Below, piece after piece: positions 46,245 to 56,990 of a stretch of DNA of 64,000 nt. The stretch covers positions 131,667 to 195,666 of the forward strand of contig DATJYC010000051.1 of the NCBI GenBank assembly GCA_035499735.1. The letters are read 5' to 3'. The position numbers and the translations under genes were made by a program. This DNA is from Burkholderiales bacterium (GTDB taxonomy: Bacteria; Pseudomonadota; Gammaproteobacteria; Burkholderiales; SG8-39). Below the pieces are notes generated by a model, which saw only the letters and a list, made by a program, of their open reading frames with translations, searched no databases and was not told the origin of the DNA. Numbering within the stretch: position 1 is the first letter of the stretch; every line of letters begins with the position of its first letter.

Positions 46245-48006
46245 CGCTCACGTAGGATCCCGGGGCGTCCTCGATCGCGGGAAGCGCGCCCTCGCCGGGC
46301 ACGCGGGCGGGAACCCGCTCGGGGCCGTTCAGCGCGGCGATCCATTCCTTCCAGTCGCCCCACCAGGATCCTTCGTGCCGCGCGGCCCTTGCCTGCCACG
46401 CTTCCCCGGAGTCCGGCAGCTCTGAGTTCGTCCAGTAGCCGTACTTGCCCGACGAGGGCGGATTGATGATGCCGGCGATGTGACCGGATCCGCCGAGCAC
46501 GAAGCGCGTCGGCCCGGCCAGCAGGCGCGCGCCCAGGTAGGTGGACTTCCACGGAGCGATATGGTCCTCGACCGGCGAGACGAAGTACGCCGGCAGATCG
46601 ATCCGGCGCAGGTCGATGGCCACGCCGCCCAGCGTGATGCCTCCGGGCTCCTTCAGCCTGTTGGCGAGGTACATGTTACGCAGGTAGAAGCTGTGCATCC
46701 TGGCCGGCATGCGCGTCGAGTCCGAGTTCCAGTAGAGCAGGTCGAAGGGGAAGGGGTCCCGCCCCAGCAGATAGTTGTGAACCACGAACGACCACACGAG
46801 ATCGTTTGAGCGCAGTATGTTGAAGGTCGCCGCCATCTCCGAGCCCTCGAGATAGCCGCGCTCCGACATGCGGCGCTCGAGGTTCTCCACCTGAGCCTCG
46901 TCGATGAAGACTCCCAGCTCGCCTGGAAGCGAGAAATCCAGGAGCGACGCGAAGAAGGTCGCCGACGCCGCCCGCTCGTCCTTCTTGGCGGCCATCCAGG
47001 CGAGCGTCGCGCCTAGCAGCGTGCCGCCCAGGCAGTAGCCGACGAGGTTCACCTTGTCCGAGCCCGTCGCGCGTCCGATCGCGTCGAGCGCCGCCAGCGG
47101 TCCCTCGAACATGTAGTCTTCGAAGCTCTTTCCGGAAAGGCGCTCGCCGGGATTGACCCAGGACACCACGAAAACCGTGTGGCCTTCGCCCAGCGCCCAG
47201 CGCACGAAGGAGTTCTTCTCGCGCAGATCGAGAACGTAATACTTGTTGATCCAGGGCGGAATCACCAGCATCGGGTGCTTGAAGACCCGCTCGGTGCTCG
47301 GCGCGTACTGGATGAGCTGCATCAGATCGGTCTGGAACACCACTTTTCCAGGCGTAGTGGCGACGTTCACGCCGACCTTGAACGCCTTCTGGTCGGTCAT
47401 GCTGATGCCGCCTCGCTCGATGTCGGACAGAAGGTTATTCAGCCCCTTCAGCAGGTTCTGGCCGCCGGACTGGAGCGTCTCGCGCAGGACCTGCGGATTG
47501 GTCAGCGCGAAATTCGACGGCGAAAGCGCATCGATGTACTGGCGCGTATAGAAGGCCACTTTCTTGCGGGTTTCCTCGGGCAGGCTCTGCACAGACGCTA
47601 CCGTGTCCTGGACGTGCCGCGCGGCAATGAGGTAGGACTGCTTGAAGTAGTCGAACAGGAAGAGGTCCTGCCAGTCGGGCTCGCGGAAGCGATTGTCGCC
47701 CTTGGCGGGCTCGGCGACCGGGGCTGGGCTCGCGCCCAGCATTCGCAGCGCGGTCGACTGCCACAGTGCGACATGGTCCAGGAACATCTTCGTCTGCATC
47801 TCGGCGAGTTTCCAGGGCTCGGCGAGCATGCGCGCGGTAAGGTCCATGAACGCGCGCCCGATCCCGAACTCGTCGACCGGGTCGCGTCCCTTGCTGGCTG
47901 CCTGCCGCTGAAGGAACTCGCCCATCAGGCGGCCGGAGCGCTCGGCCACCTCGGCGAACAGCTTGGCGCTCTGGGCGGTATCGTCCGAGGGTTGCGGATC
48001 CGGCAC
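46237..48006 (-). CDS. phaC: Class I poly(R)-hydroxyalkanoate synthase
   Basis: 589-aa ORF with the lipase-box-like GYCLGG containing the catalytic Cys. N-terminal region and length are typical of class I PhaC. Confidence 0.9.
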   Translation of the reverse strand: MPDPQPSDDTAQSAKLFAEVAERSGRLMGEFLQRQAASKGRDPVDEFGIGRAFMDLTARMLAEPWKLAEMQTKMFLDHVALWQSTALRMLGASPAPVAEPAKGDNRFREPDWQDLFLFDYFKQSYLIAARHVQDTVASVQSLPEETRKKVAFYTRQYIDALSPSNFALTNPQVLRETLQSGGQNLLKGLNNLLSDIERGGISMTDQKAFKVGVNVATTPGKVVFQTDLMQLIQYAPSTERVFKHPMLVIPPWINKYYVLDLREKNSFVRWALGEGHTVFVVSWVNPGERLSGKSFEDYMFEGPLAALDAIGRATGSDKVNLVGYCLGGTLLGATLAWMAAKKDERAASATFFASLLDFSLPGELGVFIDEAQVENLERRMSERGYLEGSEMAATFNILRSNDLVWSFVVHNYLLGRDPFPFDLLYWNSDSTRMPARMHSFYLRNMYLANRLKEPGGITLGGVAIDLRRIDLPAYFVSPVEDHIAPWKSTYLGARLLAGPTRFVLGGSGHIAGIINPPSSGKYGYWTNSELPDSGEAWQARAARHEGSWWGDWKEWIAALNGPERVPARVPGEGALPAIEDAPGSYVSVR

Positions 48007-48009
48007 GGC

Positions 48010-49056
48010 CTATGAGCCTCGCGTATAGCGCACCACGCCGTCGGTTCCGACCGAGCGCACGATGCGGCCTTCGCGCTCGAGCAGATGCAGATGGGCCATC
48101 GCCTCGCCCATCGCGAAGAACAGCTGGTGCGTGTCGAGCTTGCGGCGGAACAGCGTGTCGAGCAGGTCCGCGGCCGATTTCGGCGCGTCGCAGGCCTCGT
48201 ACAGCTCGTCGAGGCGCAACCGGTGATGCTCCCTGAGCTGCGCGATGCGCTCGCGCAGGCCGCGAAAGGGGAGTCCGTGCGAAGGCAGGGTGAAAGTCGT
48301 CGCCGGCAGCTCGGCATAGTGCGAAAGCGAGGCGAGGAAAAGGGCGAGCGGGTTGCCCTCGGGCTCGTTCGCCCAGACGCTTACGTTGGTCGAGATCTTG
48401 GGGAGCACCATGTCGCCCGAGATCAGTACGCCTTCCTCCTCGCAGTAGAGCGCCGCATGCTCGGGCGCGTGCCCGTAGCCCATGATCACCTTCCAGGTGC
48501 GTCCGCCGACGCGCAGCGCGTCGCCGTTCATGAGGCGCCGGTAATCCGAGGGAAAGGCGGGAACGCGGCTACGGTAGTTGCTGCGGCGCTGCTGCATCAG
48601 CGCGAGCCGCTCGCCCGCGAGCCCATTGCGCTCGAACATGGCCACCACGTGGTCGAACGCGAAGCCCGCGCTGCCCTCGCGCATCGCGTGCGCGGCGAAG
48701 TACTCGGCTTGCGGCATCCACAGCTGCGCGCCGGTGCGCTCGATCAGCCACGATGCCAGGCCCGCGTGGTCGGGATGATGATGCGTGACGATGAGGCGCG
48801 TCACCGGAAGGCCCGCAATGCGTGCGGAGAAAATGCGTTCCCACAGCCCGCGGGTGACCTCGTCGCCGATGCCGCAGTCGACGAGCGTCCAGGCCGGCTC
48901 TCCCGCCGCCTCGTCTTCGAGCAGCCACAGGTTGATGTGGTCGAGGGCGAACGGCAGTGGCATCCGGGCCCAGTGCACGCCGGGCGCGATCTCCAGCGCT
49001 TCTCCGCCCGCGGGCGGCGCCGATCGGGGGTATTGAAGGATGGATTCGGGAGTCAC
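48010..49056 (-). CDS. MBL-fold metallo-hydrolase
   Basis: The track ORF extends to 49137, which would overlap liuR, so a GTG start at 49056 is more plausible. THHHPDHAG is the metallo-beta-lactamase HxHxDH motif. Confidence 0.75.
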   Translation of the reverse strand: MTPESILQYPRSAPPAGGEALEIAPGVHWARMPLPFALDHINLWLLEDEAAGEPAWTLVDCGIGDEVTRGLWERIFSARIAGLPVTRLIVTHHHPDHAGLASWLIERTGAQLWMPQAEYFAAHAMREGSAGFAFDHVVAMFERNGLAGERLALMQQRRSNYRSRVPAFPSDYRRLMNGDALRVGGRTWKVIMGYGHAPEHAALYCEEEGVLISGDMVLPKISTNVSVWANEPEGNPLALFLASLSHYAELPATTFTLPSHGLPFRGLRERIAQLREHHRLRLDELYEACDAPKSAADLLDTLFRRKLDTHQLFFAMGEAMAHLHLLEREGRIVRSVGTDGVVRYTRGS

Positions 49057-49125
49057 TCTAGTGGGTGCTCCGGCGGCCTTCGCCGGCGGTAGAATTGCGT
49101 TTCTTCGAGCGAATTTTCTCAAATT

Positions 49126-49539
49126 ATGGCGGCGCACGCCACCGAGGCGGTCACAGAGCCCTGCACCATCGGCGATCTCGCGCGCGAGTTCGACGTGACA
49201 CCGCGCGCCATCCGTTTCTACGAGGACGAGGGGCTGCTCTCGCCCCGACGCGACGGCAGCCGGCGCGTCTATGGCAAGCGCGACTACGTGCGCCTGAAGC
49301 TCATCCTGCGCGGCAAGCGGCTGGGGTTCTCCCTGGCCGAGGTGCGCGAAATGCTCGAGCTCTACGACTCGGCGCCCGACGAGAGGCCGCAGCTCGAAAA
49401 GTTCGTTGCGGCGCTCGCCGCGCGACGCGAGCAGCTCGAGCGTCAGCGCGAGGAAATCGACGAGGTTCTCGGCGAGATCCGCGGCTTCGAGCGCCAGTCC
49501 AAGAAGCTCCTTGTCGCCCGGGGCGCGAGGCGCCGCTAA
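49126..49539 (+). CDS. liuR: MerR-family transcriptional regulator (LiuR-type)
   Basis: 137-aa ORF. IGDLAREFDVTPRAIRFYEDEGLL is the MerR helix-turn-helix. It lies directly upstream of isovaleryl-CoA dehydrogenase, as in described LiuR regulons. Confidence 0.8.
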   Translation: MAAHATEAVTEPCTIGDLAREFDVTPRAIRFYEDEGLLSPRRDGSRRVYGKRDYVRLKLILRGKRLGFSLAEVREMLELYDSAPDERPQLEKFVAALAARREQLERQREEIDEVLGEIRGFERQSKKLLVARGARRR

Positions 49540-49561
49540 GGCTATTGAGCTTACACTGAAT

Positions 49562-49581
49562 TGACGTTAACGTAAACGTCA
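49562..49581. promoter_or_regulatory. Candidate LiuR operator (perfect 7-bp inverted repeat)
   Basis: TGACGTT-aacgta-AACGTCA at 49562-49581, lying between liuR and ivd. It overlaps a possible promoter: TTGAGC at 49545-49550, a 17-nt spacer, then TAACGT at 49568-49573. Confidence 0.5.
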
Positions 49582-49601
49582 GCACCTTGGAAAGCGCGTC
49601 C

Positions 49602-50780
49602 ATGGACCGCACCCCGAACTTTCCCGCGACAGCCGAGCTGCCGGGGCTGCGTTTTGCCCTCGGTGACGAAGTCGACATGCTGCGGAATTCGGTGCGCGCA
49701 TTTGCCGCCGCGGAAATCGCGCCGCGCGCCGCCGAAATCGACCGCTCGAACGAGTTTCCTCCGGGCCTGTGGAAGAAGCTCGGCGCCCTTGGCGTCCTAG
49801 GCATCACGGTGGAGGAGGAGTTCGGAGGAGCAGGGATGGGCTACCTCGCGCACATCGTCGCGATGGAGGAAGTCTCGCGGGCGTCCGCCTCGATCGGCCT
49901 GTCCTACGGCGCGCACTCCAACCTCTGCGTCAACCAGATCCGTAGGAACGGCACCCCGGCCCAGAAGAGGAGTTACCTGCCGAAGCTCGCCTCGGGCGAG
50001 TGGGTCGGCGCGCTCGCCATGTCCGAGCCGGGCGCAGGGTCCGATGTCGTCGGCATGCGCCTGCGCGCGGACCGCCGAGGTGACCGCTACGTCCTCAACG
50101 GCAACAAGATGTGGATCACCAACGGACCGGATGCGGACGTGCTGGTCGTCTACGGCAAGACGTCGGAATCGATCACCGCTTTCGTTGTCGAAAAGGGGAT
50201 GAGGGGATTCACCACGGCGCAGAAGCTCGACAAGCTCGGCATGCGCGGGTCTAACACCTGCGAGCTGGTTTTCCGAGACTGCGAGGTGCCCGCGGAGAAC
50301 GTGCTGGGCGAGGAATCGAAGGGCGTCAAGGTTTTGATGTCCGGGCTCGACTACGAGCGCGCGGTGCTCGCCGGCGGGCCCTTGGGTATCATGGCTGCGT
50401 GCCTGGATACGGTCGTGCCCTACGTCCACGAGCGCAAGCAGTTCGGACAGTCGATCGGCGAATTCCAGCTCATGCAGGGCAAGCTCGCCGACATGTACAC
50501 CACCTTCTCGGCCTGCCGCGCCTACGTCTACGCGGTGGGCCAGGCGCTCGACCGCGGCGAGACCACCCGCAAGGACGCGGCCGGCGCGATCCTCTACGCC
50601 GCCGAGAAGGCGACCTGGATGGCGGGCGAAGCCATCCAGTGCCTGGGCGGCATGGGCTACATCAACGAGACCCCGACCGGGCGCCTGTGGCGCGACGCCA
50701 AGCTCTACGAGATCGGGGCAGGGACATCCGAAATCCGCCGCTGGCTCATCGGGCGCGAGCTCTTTTCCGAAACGGCTTGA
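49602..50780 (+). CDS. ivd: Isovaleryl-CoA dehydrogenase
   Basis: Track frame starts at TTG 49587; ATG 49602 is more likely. It has the full-length acyl-CoA dehydrogenase fold ([24 protein letters not shown]) and sits in the liu cluster. Confidence 0.9.
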   Translation: MDRTPNFPATAELPGLRFALGDEVDMLRNSVRAFAAAEIAPRAAEIDRSNEFPPGLWKKLGALGVLGITVEEEFGGAGMGYLAHIVAMEEVSRASASIGLSYGAHSNLCVNQIRRNGTPAQKRSYLPKLASGEWVGALAMSEPGAGSDVVGMRLRADRRGDRYVLNGNKMWITNGPDADVLVVYGKTSESITAFVVEKGMRGFTTAQKLDKLGMRGSNTCELVFRDCEVPAENVLGEESKGVKVLMSGLDYERAVLAGGPLGIMAACLDTVVPYVHERKQFGQSIGEFQLMQGKLADMYTTFSACRAYVYAVGQALDRGETTRKDAAGAILYAAEKATWMAGEAIQCLGGMGYINETPTGRLWRDAKLYEIGAGTSEIRRWLIGRELFSETA

Positions 50781-50813
50781 ATATCGTCAACCAAGGTTCT
50801 ACTGGAGGCTGTC

Positions 50814-51998
50814 ATGATGAATGATCCGATCGTTATCGTTTCTGCCGCAAGGACGCCCATGGGCGCGTTCCAGGGCGAACTCAAGGATTTCTCCGCGCCG
50901 CAGCTCGGCGCCGCCGCCATCCGCGCCGCGGTCGAGCGCGCCGGCATCAAGCCCGAGCAGGTGCAGGAGGTGGTGATGGGCTGCGTCCTGCCCGCGGGGC
51001 AGGGCCAGGCGCCCGCGCGCCAGGCGAGCATCGGCGGCGGTCTGCCGCTCGCCACTGGCGCGACCACGGTCAACAAGATGTGCGGGTCTGGAATGAAGGC
51101 GGCGATGTTCGCCCACGACATGCTCGCCGCCGGCGTAAACCAGATCATGGTGGCCGGCGGCATGGAGTCGATGACCAACGCGCCTTATCTGCTTCCGAAG
51201 GCGCGCTCGGGCTATCGCATGGGCCACCAGCAGGTGATCGACCACATGTTCTTCGACGGCCTGGAGGACGCCTACGACAAGGGCAAGCTCATGGGCAACT
51301 TCGCCGAGGACTGCGCCGCGAAATACACGTTCAGCCGCGAAGAGCAGGACAAGTTCGCGGTGAAGTCGCTCGAGCGCGCGCAGGCCGCCAACAAGAACGG
51401 CGCCTTCGCCTGGGAGACCACCCCGATCGCGATCAAGACCGGCAAGGCCGAGCGTTTCATGGAGCAGGATGAGCAGCCGTTCAAGGCCAACTTCGAGAAG
51501 ATCCCGACGCTGAAGCCCGCTTTCAGGAAGGATGGAACGGTGACTGCGGCGAACTCGAGCTCGATCTCTGACGGCGCCGCGGCGATGGTGATGATGCGCA
51601 GGTCCACGGCCGAAAAGCTGGGGCTCAAGCCGCTCGCCGTGATCGTCGCGCATAGCACGCACTCGCACGAGCCGCAATGGTTCACCACGGCGCCGGTGGG
51701 CGCGATCAAGAAGCTCTACGACGCGACCGGCTGGACCCCCTCGAAGGTGGATCTGTACGAGATCAACGAGGCGTTTGCCGTCGTCACCATGGCGGCGATG
51801 AAGGAGCACGGCCTGCCGCATGACAAGGTCAATATCCACGGCGGGGCGTGCGCGCTGGGCCACCCGATCGGCGCCTCCGGCGCGCGCATCCTCGTGACCC
51901 TCATCGGCGCGTTGAGGAAGACCGGCGGCAAGCGCGGCATCGCGAGCCTGTGCATCGGCGGGGGCGAGGCGACGGCGATGGCGATCGAGATCGCGTGA
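50814..51998 (+). CDS. Acetyl-CoA C-acetyltransferase (thiolase II)
   Basis: 394-aa ORF with the active-site Cys region VNKMCGSGMKA and the C-terminal motifs NIHGGACALGHPIGASGARI and CIGGGEA. Confidence 0.9.
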   Translation: MMNDPIVIVSAARTPMGAFQGELKDFSAPQLGAAAIRAAVERAGIKPEQVQEVVMGCVLPAGQGQAPARQASIGGGLPLATGATTVNKMCGSGMKAAMFAHDMLAAGVNQIMVAGGMESMTNAPYLLPKARSGYRMGHQQVIDHMFFDGLEDAYDKGKLMGNFAEDCAAKYTFSREEQDKFAVKSLERAQAANKNGAFAWETTPIAIKTGKAERFMEQDEQPFKANFEKIPTLKPAFRKDGTVTAANSSSISDGAAAMVMMRRSTAEKLGLKPLAVIVAHSTHSHEPQWFTTAPVGAIKKLYDATGWTPSKVDLYEINEAFAVVTMAAMKEHGLPHDKVNIHGGACALGHPIGASGARILVTLIGALRKTGGKRGIASLCIGGGEATAMAIEIA

Positions 51999-52600
51999 TG
52001 GCGGCGGCGATCGACTTCTACTTCGACTTCTCATCGCCTTACGGCTACTTCGCCAGCCACAAGATCGACGCGCTCGCCGCCAAGCACCGCAGGGAGGTGA
52101 ACTGGCGGCCGTTCCTGCTCGGCGTCGCCTTCAAGACGACGGGCGGCGCACCCCTGCCTTCGATACCGGTGAAGGGGCCGTACCACCTGCGCGACATGCT
52201 GCGCACTGCAAAGCACCTCGGCGTGGGCTACCGCCACCCGTCGGTCTTCCCGATCGCCTCGGTCGCGCCCTGCCGCGCCTTCTACTGGCTGGATGCGAAG
52301 GACTCCAGGCGGGCCAAGGAGCTGGCGAAGGCGCTCTACGCCGCCTATTTCCTCGACGACGTCGACATCTCGAGCGCGGACAACGTGGTGTCGGTCGCGG
52401 CCAGGTCCGGACTGAATGCCGACGACGTGCGCGCAGGCATCGGCGACCAGGCGACCAAGGACCGCACTAGGGCGGAGGTCGACAGGGCGATCGCGATCGG
52501 CGCGTTCGGCTCGCCCTACATCGTCATCGACGGCGAGCCCTTCTGGGGCTCGGACCGCCTTGAGCAGATCGACAGGTGGCTGGCGACGGGCGGCTGGTGA
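51998..52600 (+). CDS. 2-hydroxychromene-2-carboxylate isomerase family (DsbA-like fold) protein
   Basis: Track frame starts at 51848. The real start is ATG 51998 ([18 protein letters not shown]), which overlaps the thiolase stop (TGATG). The C-terminus carries [21 protein letters not shown]. Confidence 0.8.
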   Translation: MAAAIDFYFDFSSPYGYFASHKIDALAAKHRREVNWRPFLLGVAFKTTGGAPLPSIPVKGPYHLRDMLRTAKHLGVGYRHPSVFPIASVAPCRAFYWLDAKDSRRAKELAKALYAAYFLDDVDISSADNVVSVAARSGLNADDVRAGIGDQATKDRTRAEVDRAIAIGAFGSPYIVIDGEPFWGSDRLEQIDRWLATGGW

Positions 52601-52601
52601 C

Positions 52602-54209
52602 ATGCCGGCCATCCGGAGCAAGCTGAACCCGGGCTCGTCGGACTTCCGGCGCAATGCGGCCGCGATGTCGGCGCTGGTCGCCGACCTTCGCGCCAAGGTC
52701 GAGCGCGCGGCGCTGGGCGGCGGGGAAGCGGCGCGCGCCAAGCACGCGGCGCGCGGGAAGCTCCTGCCGCGCGAGCGGCTGAGACTGCTCATCGATCCGG
52801 GCTCGCCGTTTCTCGAGCTCTCGCAGCTCGCCGCCTTCGGCATGTACGGCAACGAGGCGCCCGGGGCAGGGATCATCACCGGAGTCGGACGGGTTTCGGG
52901 CCGGGAATGCGTACTCGTGGTGAACGACGCCACCGTGAAGGGCGGAACCTACTTCCCGATCACGGTCAAGAAACACCTGCGCGCCCAGGAGATCGCCCTG
53001 CAGAATCGCCTGCCGTGCGTGTATCTGGTCGACTCGGGCGGGGCCTTCCTCCCCGAGCAGGACGACGTCTTTCCCGACCGCGAGCACTTCGGCCGCATCT
53101 TCTACAACCAGGCCACGATGTCGGCCGCAGGCATCCCGCAGATCGCCGCGGTCATGGGCTCCTGCACGGCAGGCGGCGCCTACGTCCCGGCAATGTCCGA
53201 CGAATGCATCATCGTCAAGGGACACGGCACGATCTTTCTGGGCGGCCCGCCGCTCGTCAAGGCAGCGACAGGCGAGGTCGTGACGCCCGAGGAGCTCGGC
53301 GGAGCCGAGGTGCACGCCCGGCAATCCGGCGTCGCCGACCATCTCGCCCAGAACGATACCCACGCGCTCGCGATTGTGCGGGCCATCGTCGGCCACCTGG
53401 GACGCGCGAGGCAGCCCGATCTGGACGCGCGCGAGCCGGCGGATCCCCTGTACCCCGCGGAGGAGCTGCACGGTGTCATCCCCGAGGACAAGCGCAAGCC
53501 CTACGACGTGCGCGAGGCGATTGCGCGCATCGTCGACGCGAGCGAACTGGACGAGTTCAAGCAGGAGTACGGCATGACGCTCGTAACCGGCTTCGCGCGC
53601 ATCTGGGGCTACCCGGTCGGCATCGTCGCGAACAATGGAATCCTGTTCTCGGAGTCCGCCCTGAAGGGGGCGCACTTCATCGAGCTCTGCGGCCAGCGGA
53701 AGATTCCCCTCGTTTTCCTGCAGAACATCACCGGCTTCATGGTCGGAAGGAAATACGAATCGGGCGGCATTGCGAAGGACGGGGCCAAGATGGTAACGGC
53801 GGTCGCCTGCAGCCGCGTTCCGAAGTTTACGGTGGTGATCGGCGGCTCCTTCGGCGCGGGCAACTACGGGATGTGCGGGCGCGCCTTCGGCCCCCGCTTC
53901 CTGTGGATGTGGCCCAATGCGCGCATCTCGGTCATGGGCGGAGAACAGGCCGCCGCCGTACTCGCCACGGTCAAGCGCGACGGGATCGAAGCGAATGGAG
54001 AGAAATGGAGCGGAGAGGAGGAGCGCGAGTTCAAGCGACCCATCCTCGAGCAGTACGAGAGCCAGGGGCACCCGTACTACGCCAGCGCGCGTCTCTGGGA
54101 CGACGGCGTCATCGCGCCCGAGGACACCCGGCGCGCCCTGGCTCTGGCGATCTCAGCCTCGCTCAACGCGCCGGTCGAGGAGACCCGCTTCGGCGTCTTC
54201 AGGATGTAG
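52602..54209 (+). CDS. liuB: Methylcrotonoyl-CoA carboxylase, carboxyltransferase (beta) subunit
   Basis: Track frame starts at 52416. The real start is ATG 52602 ([18 protein letters not shown]). It is a 535-aa carboxyltransferase domain protein ([28 protein letters not shown]). Confidence 0.9.
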   Translation: MPAIRSKLNPGSSDFRRNAAAMSALVADLRAKVERAALGGGEAARAKHAARGKLLPRERLRLLIDPGSPFLELSQLAAFGMYGNEAPGAGIITGVGRVSGRECVLVVNDATVKGGTYFPITVKKHLRAQEIALQNRLPCVYLVDSGGAFLPEQDDVFPDREHFGRIFYNQATMSAAGIPQIAAVMGSCTAGGAYVPAMSDECIIVKGHGTIFLGGPPLVKAATGEVVTPEELGGAEVHARQSGVADHLAQNDTHALAIVRAIVGHLGRARQPDLDAREPADPLYPAEELHGVIPEDKRKPYDVREAIARIVDASELDEFKQEYGMTLVTGFARIWGYPVGIVANNGILFSESALKGAHFIELCGQRKIPLVFLQNITGFMVGRKYESGGIAKDGAKMVTAVACSRVPKFTVVIGGSFGAGNYGMCGRAFGPRFLWMWPNARISVMGGEQAAAVLATVKRDGIEANGEKWSGEEEREFKRPILEQYESQGHPYYASARLWDDGVIAPEDTRRALALAISASLNAPVEETRFGVFRM

Positions 54210-54228
54210 GCCAGAGAAAAGGAACGGC

Positions 54229-55050
54229 ATGGCATACGGAACCATCGAAGTCCACGCGGAGCACGGCGTCGCCGTGCTGTGGCTCAACCGGCCCGAGGTC
54301 CGCAACGCGTTCAACGAGACCATGATCGGCGAGCTGACGGCGGCGTTCACAGCGCTCGACGACGACCCGGCGGTGCGCGCGGTGGTGCTCGCCGGCCGCG
54401 GCAAGGTGTTCTGCGCCGGAGCGGACCTCAACTGGATGAAGCGCATGGGCGAGATGGACTTCGAGGAGAACCGCAAGGACGCGATGGCTTTCGGCGCGAT
54501 GCTCTACCGCCTGCACACGATGAAAAAGCCGACGATCGCGCGCGTGCACGGCGCAGCGTTCGCCGGCGGCATGGGCCTCATCGCAGCGTGCGACATGGCG
54601 GCGGCCTCGACGGATACCGAATTCGCCGTCTCCGAGGTCCGGCTGGGGCTCACCCCCGCGACCATCAGTCCGTATGTGATCGCCGCGATGGGCAGGCGCG
54701 CCGCAAGCCGGTATTTCCTGACCGCCGAGCGCTTCTCCGCGGCCGAGGCATACCGCATCGGCTTCATCCAGGAGATCGCCCAGCCCGAGAAGCTCGACGC
54801 GACCGTGAACGCGATCCTGGGGGAGATCATCCAGGGCGCGCCGGGCGCGCACACCGTGACCAAGGACCTGATACGCGCGGTCGCAGGGCGCCCGCTCGGC
54901 TCCGAATTGTTGGCCGACATGGCCGTGCGCATCGCCACGGCGCGCGCTTCCGCGGAGGGGAAGGAAGGCGTGCGCTCCTTCCTCGAGAAGCGCCAGCCCG
55001 CCTGGCTCAAGGCGGCGAAGCAGGCGGCGCGGCCGAAAAAGAAGAAGTAG
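54229..55050 (+). CDS. liuC: Enoyl-CoA hydratase family (methylglutaconyl-CoA hydratase)
   Basis: Track frame starts at 53917. The real start is ATG 54229 (MAYGTIEVHAEHGVAVLWLNRPEVRNAF). It has the crotonase motifs FCAGADL and GAAFAGGMGL. Confidence 0.85.
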   Translation: MAYGTIEVHAEHGVAVLWLNRPEVRNAFNETMIGELTAAFTALDDDPAVRAVVLAGRGKVFCAGADLNWMKRMGEMDFEENRKDAMAFGAMLYRLHTMKKPTIARVHGAAFAGGMGLIAACDMAAASTDTEFAVSEVRLGLTPATISPYVIAAMGRRAASRYFLTAERFSAAEAYRIGFIQEIAQPEKLDATVNAILGEIIQGAPGAHTVTKDLIRAVAGRPLGSELLADMAVRIATARASAEGKEGVRSFLEKRQPAWLKAAKQAARPKKKK

Positions 55051-55058
55051 GGCGCGCC

Positions 55059-56990
55059 TTGTTCGACAAGATCTTGATCGCCAACCGCGGCGAGATCGCC
55101 TGCCGCATAGCGCGCACCGCCAAGCGCATGGGGATCGCGACGGTCGCGGTGTACTCGGATGCCGACGTCCATTCGCGCCACGTGGCGCTCGCCGACGAAG
55201 CGTTCCGCATCGGCCCGCCTTCAGCGTCGGACAGCTATCTGCGCGCCGACCGCATCGTCGAGGCGGCGAAGCACTCGGCGGCCCAGGCGATCCATCCCGG
55301 CTACGGATTCCTCGCGGAGAACGCCGCTTTCGCCGAGCGCTGCGCGGATTCCGGGGTAACGTTTATCGGCCCGCCGGCGGCGGCCATACGCGCGATGGGC
55401 GACAAGTCCGCGGCGAAGTCGGCGATGGAGAAGGCCGGCGTCCCCACCGTGCCCGGCTACCACGGCGACGATCAGGCGGAGGGCATCCTGCGCTCGGAAG
55501 CCGGGCGCATCGGCTATCCCGTGATGATCAAGGCGTCGGCTGGCGGCGGCGGCAAGGGCATGCGCGCGGTCGCCGTCCCCGGCGAATTCGCCGCCGCTCT
55601 TGCCGCCTGCCGGCGGGAGGCGAAAGCTGCGTTCGGCGACGACCGCGTCCTGCTCGAGAAATACCTCGAGCGGCCCCGGCACATCGAAGTACAGATATTC
55701 GCGGATCGCCACGGGGAGTGCATCCATCTGTTCGAACGCGACTGCTCGGTGCAGCGCCGCCACCAGAAGGTGATCGAGGAGGCACCCGCTCCCGGTGTGT
55801 CCGCGGAGCGCCGCCGGGAGATGGGCGGTGCGGCGGTCGCCGCGGCGCAGGCCGTCGACTATGTCGGGGCCGGGACGGTCGAGTTCATTGTCGACCGGGC
55901 CGGAAGGTTCTACTTCATGGAAATGAACACGCGGCTCCAGGTCGAGCACCCCGTGACGGAGATGATCACGGGGCTCGACCTGGTGGAATGGCAGCTTCGC
56001 GTTGCCTCGGGCGAGCCTTTGCCCGCGAAACAGGGCGACCTGCGCATCGACGGCCACGCGCTCGAGGCGCGCGTCTACGCCGAGGACCCGAGCCGGGATT
56101 TCCTGCCCGGCACGGGCAGGATCCGCCATCTATCCGCGCCGGCCGAGTCGCGCCAAGTGCGCGTCGATTCCGGCGTTCGCGCGGGCGACACGGTCACACC
56201 CTACTACGATTCGATGATCGCGAAGCTCATCGTCCACGATCGCGACCGCGCTCGGGCGGTCGAGCGGCTCGCCGCGGCCCTGGGCGAGTTCGAGGTGGCG
56301 GGTCTGGTCACCAACCTGGAGCTTCTGGGGCGCCTCGCCCGCTGCGGCGCGTTCGTCCGCGCCGAGCTCGACACCGGGCTCATGGAGCGCCATCGCGACG
56401 AGCTGCTCGCCCCGCCGGAGCCGCCGAGCAAGGCGGCGCTCGTGCTCGCGGCTCTGGCCGCGCAGCTCGCGCACGCGGGTGAGCGCCCCTCTCCCTGGAG
56501 CGTCGCCGACGGCTGGCGCCTGGGCGCATCCTGCCCGAGCGTGTTCGTGTTCAGCGACCGTGTCGCCGAGCATCGGGTGGAGATCGACGCCGCCGTCGAA
56601 GGGAAGCCGGAAGCGGGCGGTCGGCTGAGCGCGAAGATCGACGGCGCGCGCCTCGAAGGCCGGGTCATCCGGGCCGGCAAGAGTTTCGACGTCTTCCTTC
56701 CGGGGGAGCACCGCACCCTCGAGCTGCACGACCCGCTCGAGCGGGATTTCGAAGCCGGCTCGCACGGCGGGAGCCTCGCCGCGCCGCTGCCTGGGAAGAT
56801 CGCGGCGGTGCTCGTCGAGCCTGGGGCGAAAGTCGAAAAGGGAGCTCCCCTTCTCGTGCTCGAAGCGATGAAAATGGAGCACACCATCGCGGCGCCATCC
56901 CGCGGCACCGTTGCGGCGGTGCGCTGCAAGGCCGGCGACCAGGTCATCGAGGGTGCCGAGCTGGTCGATTTCGAAACGGAGGCGTCATGA
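55059..56990 (+). CDS. liuD: Methylcrotonoyl-CoA carboxylase, biotin carboxylase/BCCP (alpha) subunit
   Basis: Track frame starts at 54279. The likely start is TTG 55059 ([20 protein letters not shown]). It has a biotin carboxylase ATP-grasp domain and the C-terminal biotinyl motif LEAMKMEH. Confidence 0.9.
   Translation: MFDKILIANRGEIACRIARTAKRMGIATVAVYSDADVHSRHVALADEAFRIGPPSASDSYLRADRIVEAAKHSAAQAIHPGYGFLAENAAFAERCADSGVTFIGPPAAAIRAMGDKSAAKSAMEKAGVPTVPGYHGDDQAEGILRSEAGRIGYPVMIKASAGGGGKGMRAVAVPGEFAAALAACRREAKAAFGDDRVLLEKYLERPRHIEVQIFADRHGECIHLFERDCSVQRRHQKVIEEAPAPGVSAERRREMGGAAVAAAQAVDYVGAGTVEFIVDRAGRFYFMEMNTRLQVEHPVTEMITGLDLVEWQLRVASGEPLPAKQGDLRIDGHALEARVYAEDPSRDFLPGTGRIRHLSAPAESRQVRVDSGVRAGDTVTPYYDSMIAKLIVHDRDRARAVERLAAALGEFEVAGLVTNLELLGRLARCGAFVRAELDTGLMERHRDELLAPPEPPSKAALVLAALAAQLAHAGERPSPWSVADGWRLGASCPSVFVFSDRVAEHRVEIDAAVEGKPEAGGRLSAKIDGARLEGRVIRAGKSFDVFLPGEHRTLELHDPLERDFEAGSHGGSLAAPLPGKIAAVLVEPGAKVEKGAPLLVLEAMKMEHTIAAPSRGTVAAVRCKAGDQVIEGAELVDFETEAS

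Noticed and set aside
49057-49125. Possible second operator in the divergent MBL-liuR spacer (gaattgcg ... gcgaattt)
   Set aside because: The two arms are not reverse complements of each other. There is only a weak direct similarity, and no match to the 49562-49581 palindrome.
52524-54071. 515-aa antisense ORF, plus the 472-aa alternate plus-frame ORF (52907..54325), over the MCC beta gene
   Set aside because: Both are Arg/Gly/Ala/Pro-rich junk frames. The carboxyltransferase frame (52602..54209) carries the conserved motifs.
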